A stretch of 64,000 bases of DNA from positions 196,752 to 260,751 of the forward strand of contig NW_003314283.1 in NCBI RefSeq assembly GCF_000143415.4. The letters run 5' to 3'. Positions 50,449 to 62,970 of this stretch are shown here, piece after piece. The position numbers and the translations under genes were made by a program. The stretch comes from Selaginella moellendorffii. Its lineage: Eukaryota > Plantae > Lycopodiophyta. Under the pieces are notes generated by a model. That model saw only the letters and a program-made list of their open reading frames with translations. It did not search any database and was not told where the DNA came from. How positions within the stretch are numbered: position 1 is the stretch's first letter; every line of letters starts with the position of its first letter.

Positions 50449-52477
50449 CGTGGCAGTAAGGTAAGAGTGTCTGTAAGGATTGGCCAATAGGTAACTTTTG
50501 ATACTTGAAGTCACATTCGCAACACTTTCCCCCCCTAGGGAAGATCGACATCCTCGTTGATGCATACTCGAGTCTAAAATACTGCCAAGGAAAAAACTGT
50601 AGAAAAAGTTCACAGTACTCACACTATGTGAGAAATGCACCAACTTAAATGAGTTAGGAGGCAACCTCTTTGTCTAACGCAGATGCATTACCCACTTAGA
50701 CACCTTTCGATCGTCGCTGGCAAGGTTTAGATAGACTACTGTAAATAGGCAATTAGAGTTGTTTACACGGTCACGCCCTTGTAACGGAATAAGGAACATC
50801 GACAGAGAGGTGGGTGATGTGATCAGTCGACAATAGCTACCCCATGACTAAAGATTTCACTATGCACACGAAGTGCTGAAGCCAGTCTGCCTATACTAGC
50901 CCAAAGTCAAAGATTAATAGATGGACAATATCAAAGTCATAAGCAATGATATCTTAGAGACTTAAGTATCAGTGATTAAATCTTAGATTAGAACACAAAA
51001 GTATTCTAAGTAAGTTATCATCTGATAAACTAGTATTAAAGTATAGGAACCACCAAGATCACTATCATTGGAAAACATAGGATTCACCATCCAACAAAAT
51101 TCAATAGCCAGTGTATCATCAAAAAAACTCAATGATAAAACTTAACTACTGAAGATGGCAGACAGTATGTCAAATAACTTACTAAAGATAACTTAAAGAA
51201 CACAAAGTATCATTAACTGACAAGCACAATGCTCGCGAATGTATCACCCAAAGGAAATAACATCCCAATCTATCAGAACTAACTCAAGCACTAATCAACA
51301 GAACAAAATAAATGTTGCAAGACTAACAAACATAACATTCATGCCAACCATTACACTAGCCAATCTGAATAGATCCCAATAAACAATACAAAGGAACTCA
51401 AGTTGCTTAAGCAAGTGTCAGCAACATCCTATTGATGTTTCAAACCCAATAGACCAATCTAGAGTAAACCACAAAGAACATGTGGTATTGCAAAAAACTA
51501 TAAACCATCAAAGAGAACAACTAACTATCATGAAAGAATATTAATCATCCCACCAATGAAGAGATGTATAATCATCGTTGAAAAAAGAATCTACCATCCC
51601 AAAGAATGGCAACTCATTCTAGATCAACAATAATCAAGCAAAACCTCTAACAAGGATAATCAATTATCTTAGATGATAGTCAATCATCACCAATGATTGC
51701 TAAATGCAAAAGCCAACTTCAACATCAAAGCTAATAAGCCAAAAATGCCTTCCCCAACAACTCCTAACAAATAAAACAAATGAGCATGAAAAATCAAAAA
51801 CCCAAAAACTCGAAGAAGCCTATATTTAAGTCATGCCTAGCAATGATCACAAGTCTTGCATGAATTAACTTCAATGTTAAAGAAGAAATCATAGCACAAT
51901 CCATAATATCCTCCTCAACACATCCATAAGCTAAACTTTATAATGCCAAAGCTAATGAAGAGCATATCTGCATCAATCCAAAAGCTAAACATAATGGAGT
52001 TATTCTCAACAAGTGATCACTAAACGATCCTTTATGAATCCATCTATAGTGAGACATAACTCACTTTATAACAAGCACAAGAAGAATTATCAATGATTGA
52101 TATATTCTAACTTAAACCTAATAAGGATTCAAACATTTCAATATCAATCACTAACTCTTCATTTCGTAAAGTTAGTATAGTCCGTAACTGAATCACTTTT
52201 CAAGGAAAAGCCAAATCTCAACCCCTACTAAATAATCTCGTCTAGAACACAACTAACTCAACTTGCCATTTATCTTGTTTGATTGCTAACATAGTTGCTA
52301 ATTAGCAAATGCACGAATGCCAATAACACAAAGCCATAGCCAAATCATCAACACTATCTTCATCAAGACTAATGAAACTTAATATCTATCTGAAGGAGAG
52401 ACATCTCATTTCACTCGAATCTCAACATCAATAGTGTCAACGACAAGGCATCACTTCAATGCCATCAACACCATAAC

Positions 52478-52504
52478 AAACCCTAAACTCTAAACCCTAA
52501 ACCC
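52478..52504 (+). repeat. Interstitial plant telomere repeat tract, about 3.5 units of CCCTAAA
   Basis: AAA CCCTAAA CTCTAAA CCCTAAA CCC at a deletion junction. Confidence 0.85.
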
Positions 52505-55495
52505 ATCCCTTTTGGGTCGCATCATACAAACTATATACTAAGGTCTAAGCTAACCGAAGTTAATTCCAACCCTTTCACTAGTTTGTATTGGCTTATGAAA
52601 ACAGAATGGTTTTCGGGCAAAATGATCAATAGATCAACTCTTGGATAAGTCTAAGAAAATTTGTGGAAATTTTCCCATCCTAGAGAAAGAATGACTCTCA
52701 GTCTAGAAATACAAACTTTCAAAACTCAACTAACTTTCTCCTACTAACAACTTCACATAAGTTCACCTCAACACAAATCCTCAAGACCCATAATATGTTT
52801 AATCCTCGAACATCTTTTTGCCCATACTTCCGACATCCAACACTAACATCCGCAAAATGCAAAGTGAACATCCAAAGCTTGATCACAAAGACCATATCTT
52901 CAGATATCCACATTCCACTAACACTCTTCTTCAACCGCTTTCAAGAGCTAATATGAAGCCAAAACACTAACAAAAGAAATAACATGGAAAATCAAGGTTT
53001 AAGGAAAATTCCTCATCACTCGAACAACAATGCCACTTTCACTAACACAAGTGTTAGCGATGTTAATGCCTTAACTACACACATTTTCCATTAATCAATC
53101 TACTCCAAGTGTTAACGGATCAATCAACAAGTTATAGCAAATGAATGCTATAACCCTCTTCTAACACCTTATGGGCAAACCCCCAAGGAATAAAGAACCA
53201 ACTTAAACTTAGCATAATGGACCACTATAGAGAATTTAGTCAAAGTTACGTCAATGCTACTTCGTGCAAGTAGACTACCTTCTCCATCAACCACTTTGGG
53301 GTTGATCATCTTTTGACCAAGCAATTTCGTAAACACATTACTCATTATCACATGGATATGATATAAGTATCACAATGTCTTAATCATCAATTGAGTAACA
53401 CCACGAGTAATGGCTATGTCATTACTTCAAAGGTTTACGTGAATATCAAGTGCCAACTCAATTCAACAAAATGCAACATAAATGTTATACCTCACCGATA
53501 AAAATTTATAACACCCAATACCACTAACTTTTCTTCACAACATGGACAAACTTATGTCACTCTCTTTCCGACCAAACTCAAAATTGATCCAACACCAAGC
53601 TACTTAAGGAGCAATAGCAAGGTTCCCCAGAAAAGAATTGAGCATTGCAACCAACGTCTTCCAATAGCAAGTCTAGACAAAATGGTTTAGCGCTTCACCG
53701 CTATCCATCTCACAGCTCACCATTTGTAAGACCATCATCTCCAAGATGCATCAAGGTAAGGATTCTTAATTGCATAATATGAACACGAACAATGAGTTAA
53801 CACCTCGTTGCAAATCTTTTTTCTAAGAAGGGAAGATGATTTATGTGTTTGATCCTTCGTCCCTGACGACTCTCTTTTCGGTCTCATCTTTGACTAAACC
53901 TTAAGCTTGCTTTTGCATTGCCTTCAGTCCAATCCAAGAAAAGTTTATGAGAGACTACGGCAATAATTACTTGAATCAATAGACTCATCCCTACAGTCTT
54001 GATTGATCCACTTGTAACCATGCCTAGGAAGGATCCACTAGTGCTGTGCTAAACAGCTACGGACCAGCCTATTTGCCACTCATAGCAAACTTAGGGAAGG
54101 TTTACTTTCACCCATGGTACAAAGAACATCTCGTGGAATTAACGATAGGGTAACATTAATCTTGCCAACTCAAAGTGTAACCTTGAGTTGCTAATGTGCC
54201 TCACTCACGAGCCCAATAGCAAGCTCATATTATTACGGTACAAAAAGGTAACCGAATCCATACCTAAGGAACGAATGCGAAGCCTTTGCACCAAAACGTG
54301 TACCCACTTGGATCATCGTTTTCATCTCTGCATATGCAACGAGACTAGTTACCCAATCTTATTGAATAGTACTCACTGAGACTCATCCTCTGATACAAAA
54401 TGTAGTGCACGTGGTTTTGACCCTTTATCCTATGGTGATTTACCATAGGATAACACCATGAAGCGGAACCTAAACACTCTTTATGCCATGTGACACATGC
54501 CACGTGTCATATTTCACGTGTCCAAAGGACAGTGGTGTGGAACCCGAGGTTCAGAGCCTTGGGCCACTAAACGAAGAAACGGTGCCAAACTCCCAAGCAT
54601 GGAGCCAAGGAATGATAGTACTAGACCACGGAGCAACTCCCGAGCTTACAGCTTGAGGAGCGAAGGGACAGGAGCCCAGAGCGACTTGGAATAGTCTTAG
54701 AGCAACTAGCATCCCAATGCCAAGACTAGCACACAAAACAGAGCCAAATGGAGTTTGGCACTATTTCAGCATACTAGTGGCCTAACGCAAGGACATGGGT
54801 ACTCCACCAACTAGCATGGAATGGAACTTGGGCTTAGACCCAAGTCAGACGTAGAACAAGGACAGGCCCCCACAGGGGAAGTTAGACGTTGCCTCAGGTT
54901 GGTTGGCCATGTTTGACCTACCCCCTATCCCTTTTATACATTTGGAACCCTCCATAAGGCCCCCCCCCCCCCCCCCCCCTTTGAGGAACACACACTTTGG
55001 GCTTTCACCCCAAGCCTCCCTTATTATCAGGAGTTAGTCTCTGGGACAAACTCGAAACTTACTAATTATGGAATGGCGTTAGATTGTGAATTTGGACATG
55101 GGACGAACACCATTGTGTTCAGGCCGATCTCTACATTCCATAGATATGCCAAATAAGCGAATCTAGACACTTTCCATAAATAGCATTTGAGACCGAAATG
55201 AGACTAACACAAAGGACATGATAGCGAGGGTGTTTAGCAAACAAAGTAAGCTATCATCCAACGATATTGAGGGACTCATCTCAATACGTGAGGGTTCTTG
55301 TCAAGCCAGTGCAAGACAAAGCAAAAGAGAACTAACAAGCTGGGCCAAGTATGCTTGGATAAATAGACACTTAAGAATTCCTTTCTTATACTCGTCCGGC
55401 CAAGTACACATGCAAAGTCCAGTTTACTAACATTTGAACAAGAGGGGTTGATAAAGGGTCCAGCAATACCGACCTCTTGCCATTGTGGCAGTAAG

Positions 55496-58400
55496 TGTAG
55501 TGCACTTTATCTCTCTCCCCTTAAACCAACTGGAAAAGGGGCAATTGCTTGATGAGAGAGCCCTTAGTGGTTATTTTATCCCCATTTATCCCCCAAGGTT
55601 CCAAGGATTCACGGTAACAGTATATCCAAATCTCATTCCATGATCACATGCGCTACACTCACCCCCCCTTCAGAGATGTTGATGTCCTCATTGACTATTG
55701 ACTAATAACCCCTACTGAGCCAAGGGGAACCAACACCTCCATTTCCGCACTCAATCTACCAATCCTTCCATTATGTAGACTAGCTATTTTATGTGAGGCA
55801 ACTAGTCATCCACCCGTACCGCAGTCCCACGGTGGATACCTTCGTCCATGGATACTCCACACAAGAGGAAGGACGTACGCATGGATGTCCACTACATACG
55901 ATTTCAAATTTAAGGGTAGGAATATACCTTGCTCAAGGGTATATTATACTTTTAAGTAGCCACTAATCAATGGGAATCGAACCCGTGCCATTTGCTCCGA
56001 TACCAATATGATTGTAGATAGGAACCACCAAGATCATCATAATTTGGCAAACACAGGAATGACCATCCAACAAAATTCAATAGCAAGTATATCATCAAGT
56101 AAACTCAACGATAAAGTTTAACTATTAAAGATTGCAGAAAAAATGCTAAACAACTTACGAAAGATAACTCAAAGAACACAAAGTATCATTGACTAACAAA
56201 CAAAATGCTCGCGAATGTATCACCCAAAGGAAATAACATCCAAATTTATCAAAACTAACTCGAGCAACAATCAACAGAAGAGAATGAATGTGGTAAGACC
56301 AACAAACACTCATTCCTGCCAACTATCACAAAAGCCAATCTGAATAGATCCCAGCCAACAATACCAAGGAACTCAAGTTGCCTAAGCAAGTGTCAGCAAC
56401 ATCCTACTGATGTCTCAAACCCAAGAGACCAATCCAGAGCAAATCACAAAGAACATATGATATTGCGAAAAGCCACAAGCCATCAAAGAGAACAACTAAC
56501 CATCATGAAAGATCATCAATCATCCTATCAAGAAAGAGATGCATAATCATCGTTGAAGAAAGAATCTACCATCCTGAAGAATAGCAACTCAGTCTATACC
56601 AACAATAATTAAGCAAAACCTTTCTGACAAAGATAATCAACTATCCCAGATGATAGTCAATCATCACCAATGATTGCCAGATGCAAATACTAACTTCAAC
56701 ATCGAAGCTAAAGAGCCAAAAATGCCTTCCCCAACAACTTCAAACAAATGGACCACAAGCATGATAATGCAAGGAACCAAAAGCTCGAAGAAGTCTATAG
56801 CTAAGTTTTTGCCTAACAATGATCACGAGTCTCGCATGAACTAACTTCAATGCTAAAGAAGAAATCATGGTATAATCCATAATATCTTCCTTAACACATC
56901 CATAAGCTAAACTTCATAATGCAAAGCTAATGAAGAGCAAATTTGCATCAATCCAAAAACCAAGCATAATGAAGCTCTGCTCAACAAGTGATCACCAAAC
57001 GATCCTCCATGAATCCATCTATAGCAAGACGTAACTCACATCATAACAAGCACAAGAAGAATCATCAATGATCGATATATTCCAACTCAAATCCAATAAG
57101 GATTCAAATAGTCCAATATCAATCACTAACTCTTCATCTCGTAAAGTTAGTGTTATCCACGACTAAATCACTTTTCAAGGAAAAGCTGAAGCTCAACCCC
57201 TACTAAATAACCTTGTTTAGAACACAACTAACTCAAACTTGCCACTCAGTTCATTTAAACGTCAACATAGTTGCGAACTAGCAAATGTACAAATGCCAAT
57301 AACACAAAGCCATAGCCAAATCATCAACACTATCTTCATTAAAACTAATGAAACTTGACATCAATCTTGCGGAGAGACACCTCATTTCACTGAAATCTCA
57401 ATATCAACAATGTCAACGACAAGGCATCACTTCAATGCCACCAACACTAGAACAAAGCTAAAAGAAAGCACGAGTGTATCACCACTCAAACCTCTCTAGC
57501 AACCAAGCTAACCAAAGTCGGAGATACTTTACTCAGTATCCGAGACCAATCTCTCAACAATACTCAGTCACAGATAACACTTCCTCAAGGAGTGAATCAC
57601 CACATCCAAGACTCCATGAAATCCAACACCACGAACTAAACGTAACCAAATGATATCGATAGAGATAGAGTCGACATGCCAACATGGAAAACCCATGTAA
57701 GTTTAACGACACGATCCTTCGCAACCCCATTCGGTAAGCAAGCCCATCACTGATAAATCTTCATCGAGTGAAGCAAGTGTCAACAGTCCTTGACAAAGTC
57801 TACAAGCAATCACTAATTGCCAAGCAACTAACCATCACTTTTCAACTTGCTTTCATGAGACCCAAACACTAAACTCACGTCATTGAGTTACACACTTGTC
57901 CAACATGAATGTAATACCCCAAATATGAAATAAAAGTTCATAGACAAACACAAACCAAATGACCACTCAAATCCAACTCAACCACAATAAACTCACCAAA
58001 GCATTTAGCCAATAGCTCTGAGCATGCCTTGAAGAGGCTAGCTATGCATGATCAACACTCAGCTGAAACTAAAGTGAAGACCATGAGATGGATCCATATC
58101 GGTACACAACCTCCTCATAGACAAAGCTACAGTATAGGTACCAATATCTCAAACTCAAATAACTAAGTTGAACATCACCATCCTCAGCTAAGGCGCAGAG
58201 CCATCAAGACCAAGTCAAGATCAGTGAGAGCTCACTACTCTCATAGAGTCTAACGAAATGCAAAGTGCAACCTGCCACCAAGCATAACGCTACAAAAGAA
58301 AGGCACAAGGGTCACCTTTCTTAGAAAAGCGCAACGGCCACTTTTCTATACCAACTCCAGACTCTATCCAACTCAATTGCCTTAGCTCCAAAAGCTAGCA

Positions 58401-60640
58401 TCCCTTTCGGGTTGCATCATGCAAACTACCTACCAAGGTCTAAGCTAACCGAAGTCAACTCCAACCCCTTCACTAGTTTGTACTGGCTTACGAAAACGGA
58501 ATGGTTTTCGGGCAAAGTGATCAATAGATCAGCCATTGGAAAAGTCTAAGAAAATTTGTGGAAAATTTCCATCCTAGAGAAAAAATGACTCTCAGTCCAG
58601 GAATACAAACTTTCAAGACTCAACCAACTTCCTCCTACTAACAACTTCACATAGGTTCGCTTCAACACAAATTCTTGAGACCTATAGTATGCTTAAGCAT
58701 CAAACATCTTTGCCTATTTTTCCGATATCCAACTCCGGCATCCGCAAAATGCAAAGTGAACATCCAAGGCTTGATCACGAAGACCACATCTTCGGATATC
58801 CACATTGCACTAACTCTTCTTCAACCACCTTCAAGATCCAATGTGAAGCTAAAACACTAAGAAAAATGACATGGAAAATCAAGCTCTAAGGAAACTTCCT
58901 CATCACTTAAAATAACAATATCATCTCCACTAGCACAAGTGCTAGCAATGTCAATGTCTCAACTACACACTTTCTCCATCCGGCAATCTACTCCAAGTGC
59001 TAACGGTTCTACTGACAAGCTATAGCAAATAAATGCTACAACCATTTTCCAACACCACAATAGGCAAACTCAAGGAACTAAGGAACCAACTTAAGCTTAG
59101 CATAATGGACCATTATTGAGAATCTAGTCAAAGCTACTACAATGCTACTTCGTGTAAGTAGACTAGCTTCACTATCAACCACTTTGAGGTTGATCATTGT
59201 TTAACCAAGCAACTTCGTAAACACATTGTTCATTATCACATGGATATGATATGGAAATCACAATGTCTTGATCATCAATCAAGCAACACCACGAGCAATG
59301 CCAATGTCATTACTTCAAAGGTTTATGTGAGTATCAAGTGTCAACTCAATTCGACAAAATGCAACATAAATGCCACACTTCCTCCGATAGAGATATGACA
59401 TAGAAATTGCAATGACTTGATCATTAATTAAGCAACACTATGAGCAATGCCAATGTCATTACTTCAAAGGTTTATGTGTATCAAGTGTTAACTAGATTCG
59501 ACAAAATGCAATATAAATGCCACACTCCACCGATAGAAACTTATGATACTGAACACCACCAACTTTTGTTCACAACACGGACAAGCTCATGCCACTCGCT
59601 TTCCGACCAAACTCAAAACTTAATCCAACACCAAGCTACTCAAGGAGCAACAGCAAGGTTCCCCGGAAAAGAATTGAGCATTGTAACTCAAGTCTTCCAA
59701 TAGCAAGCTTAGACAAAATGGTATAGTGTTTCACCACTATCCATCCCATAACTCACCATTTGTAAGACCATCATCTCCAAGATGCATCAAGGTAGGGAAT
59801 CTTGATTGCATATTATGAACATGAGCAATGAGTCAACACCTCGTTGCGAATCATTTCTTCAAGAAGAGAAAATGATTTACGTGTTTGATCCTTTGTCCCC
59901 GATGACTCTCTTTTCGGTCTCATCTTTGACCAAACCTCAAGCTTGCTTTCGCACTGCCTTCAGTCCAATCCAAGAAAAGTTTATGAGAGAGCACGGCAAT
60001 GATTACTTGAACCAATAGACTAATCCCTACAGTCTTGATCGATTCACTTATAATCATGTCTAGGAAATATCTACTAGTGCCGTGCTAAATAACTACGGAC
60101 TAGCCTATTTGCCACTCATAGCAAACTCAGGGAAGGTTTGCTTTTACCCATGGTACAAGCTACTACAAAACCACTGATAGGCTAACATTAATCCTGCCAA
60201 CTCAAAGTCTAACCTCAAGTTGCTAATGCGCCTCACTCACGAGCCCAAGCTCAAACTCGTGCTAACGGAACAACTCAATCCATCCTATGAACCCAAGAGC
60301 AAGCTCACATCATAAAGTACAACAAGGTAACCAAATCCATATCCAAGGAACAATTGCGAACCCTTTGCACCAAACGTGTACCCACTCGGATTATCGTTTT
60401 CATCTCTACGTATGCAACGAGACTAGTTGCCCAATCTCATTGAATAGTACTCGCTGAGATTCATTCTCTGATACTAAATGTAGCACACCTTATCTCTCTC
60501 CCCTTAAGCCAACTGGAAAAAGGGCAATTGTTTGATGAGAGAGCCTTTAGTGGCTATTTTATCCCCATTTATCCCCCAAGGTTCTAAGGATCCATGGTGA
60601 CAGTATATCCAAATCTCATCCCATGATCACATGCGCTACA
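55496..60640 (-). mobile_element. Chimeric element: family C LTRs enclosing region D plus a TRIM interior
   Basis: 162-bp LTRs at 55496-55657 and 60479-60640; TSD GTAAG; PBS-like sites at 60466-60476 and 55994-56005; PPT at 55658-55670. Confidence 0.9.
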
Positions 60641-61117
60641 GTAAGGCAAGAGTGTCCATAAGGACTAGCCAACAGGTAACTTTCGATACCCGAAGTCATA
60701 TTTGCGATACATCTGAGATAGTTATTTCATTTAATAGATAAAGTTGATGCAAAAGTAAATACTTCCATTATGTTTTATGATAAAATGAGTTTAATACACC
60801 TGTAAGGACTCTACAACTTTCAAATAACACCCTTTTCTAACATTTTCTTAATGTTTACACATAAAATCTTGATTTCTTTTAATGGCCAATAACGAATATA
60901 AACCTTAATTGAATAAATATCCATAATTAGAATTAAGTTGAATTAAAAATACTTCACTAAAAAACATAACATAATTTAGATAGAGTGAAAAATGTTAATA
61001 ACATATATTATATATTAATTTATTTCCCCGTTAAGCATATTCTAAGCACCAATCGGACCGTCCAAGCTTTTAGACCTAGAAATGGACGGTCGGTGATTGG
61101 ACACCGGATATTCTTTT

Positions 61118-62970
61118 ATGGCGCTCAGTTGTGTGTTCCTGGCGCACGGCAGGGTTTGCCCGATTCGCGGTGAGAACCTATCCAATCAATCTCCGTTCTC
61201 TTCGACGACAGCATTGGACTGCGAGCAATCGCTACACCGGATTCTCAGCAAGCTGGAATGCTACAAACAGTCGCCATTGGCGGCGCTCCAGTCCGGGCGC
61301 TGGGTGAAATTGATTTGCGGAGCAAGCTTTGAGGTGCGTCTCACTGCTGGTTTGCCTCATTTGCAAGATTTCTCGTTTCATTTCTTCCTTGTGTGATCAC
61401 ACAATGTATGGTTCATTTTGATCTAGTGGCAACTCCCTTTTTAATTTCTCGCATCTTTCCAGGACATTGCAGAAGTAAGAAATCTATCACTCATTTATGC
61501 TCTTGCTGGTGGTAAGTTTGTCTTTGAAGAAAATAAGCAAACTCTTTGCTTATTTCCTTGCAGTGGACTGCATCGATTGCGCTGCTGATGGAGCAGTAGT
61601 GACGGCAGTCAGTGATGGTGTTCGTGCGGCCAAGGAAATCGCTCTGGACTTTGGATATAGTTTGCGTGATCCGTGGCTCATGGTCAGCATAAACGATGAC
61701 GAGGATCCTCATTTTCGCAAAGCTGGTATGCTCTCGGGAGTTCTAAGTTTTTGTGAAGAAATCTTTTGATTTTCAGCTGGTTTTGGACAGAATTCAATCC
61801 AAGGCTTTGTCCTTCTGACTGTCCGCGTCCCTGCGAGCGTGTATGTCCTGCTTCAGCTATTTCTGTCAGCTATCCAGAATCAAGTGGAGTTATTCCGGAA
61901 CGCTGCTATGGCTGTGGTCGTTGCATTCCAGTCTGTCCCATACGAAACATTCGTAAGTTCTTTCTATTCCATTTTTGTAGGAATGCTAACAAGAACATTG
62001 GATCCAGAAGCTGTAACTTACGTACGAAACCTTGAGAAGGTCTCAGAGTTACTGTGCTTAGACGAAGTTGATGCTGTGGAGATTCACACCGGACAAGGGT
62101 AGCGTTTTCTATTCCAATTAGTGTCATCTAAAGTCACTAGTGCTAAACTTCTAGACGTTTGGAGGCTTTTCATCAGCTGGTGACAAACCTCGGCAGTTCT
62201 TTCGATCATCTAAAGCTTGTGGCGGTAAGCACTTGCTTTCTTTCATGCATTTCTTCACTCGTTTGCAGGTAAGCGTTCCTGACTTGGGCGATTCAATGAT
62301 CTCTTCCATGACGTCAATGTACGAGAGCATGAAACCATATGTCAAATGTGCAAACCTCTGGCAGGTATTGTTTTCGTTTTGATTTCAACGATGCTATATA
62401 TGATTCTTTAGCTGGATGGACGTCCAATGAGTGGTGATATCGGCAAGGGTGCTACTCGAGCTGCGGTAATCCTGGGTGGAAGAGTTTTAGCGGCTTTGGA
62501 TCGTCCCCCAGGTATTTGCCGATCTTTTCACTTAGACCACCAACACTGTTATCATCTTTCCTTTTTGTCTTATTTGCTACAGGTTTCTTACAGCTTGCTG
62601 GTGGGACAAATTCACACACCAGAGAGGCTTTAGAGCTCGATGGACTTGTAAACAATGGTTTGTCTTTCACTACTTGGTCGGTTGGTTTTACTATTATACT
62701 CTACACAGGCAATGAGTCTATGATTGCTGGCATTGCGGGCATTGCTTTCGGTGGCTATGCTCGAAAGGTATCACTCTTTTATAAGCATTATTCTTCTCTT
62801 CCGTGCGGCAAAGACTTAACGTTTTTCCTGTAAAAAAAATCGACCAGATTGTTTGTGGTTTGCTCAAGGAGCTAGAAGCAACAAAGTCTACACGATTGGA
62901 GGACCATCCAGAGCTGTTGTTTAAGTCGATCTCTATCACAGGAGAGCTTGTATGGCCCATGAAGCTTTAA
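61118..62970 (+). CDS. ldpA: LdpA-like 4Fe-4S protein (homologue of the cyanobacterial light-dependent period protein), probably plastid-targeted
   Basis: WVKLICGASFED, YALAGVDCIDCAAD, PWLMVSINDDEDPHFRKA, CPSDCPRPCERVCPA, CYGCGRCIPVCP, DAVEIHT, WQLDGRPMSGDIG and QLAGGTN. Confidence 0.92.

Larger units (their letters stand above)
48191..60709 (-). mobile_element. Second full non-autonomous B-LTR/D element; both LTRs interrupted
   Basis: LTRs 48191-50524 and 54401-60709; TSD CATCT on both sides; PPT at 50525-50536; degenerate PBS at about 54388-54398. Confidence 0.9.
23230..60830 (-). mobile_element. Old degenerate Ty3/gypsy pol hosting the nested island; pieces at about 60715-60830, 47432-48185, 44921-45158, 41211-41943, 24086-24221 (inverted) and 23230-23728
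   Basis: The pieces join across TSDs in RT-RNase H-integrase order: NGSIYFCINF..LNEIT, KLDFTSGYWQV..DVPKTAF, FIDNVLI, LHMDASDISLGGVLMQ, NYSTIEK, GGHM..FYWPKM..C, LLDNSSVF..TSTYH..WDGYL, YKVDDLVL. Many stops; its own LTRs were not identified. Confidence 0.88.

Noticed and set aside
61069-61100. Short inverted repeat CCAATC-GGACCGTCCA / TGGACGGTC-GGTGATTGG upstream of ldpA
   Set aside because: Too short to call a MITE or RNA hairpin; probably paired promoter motifs.
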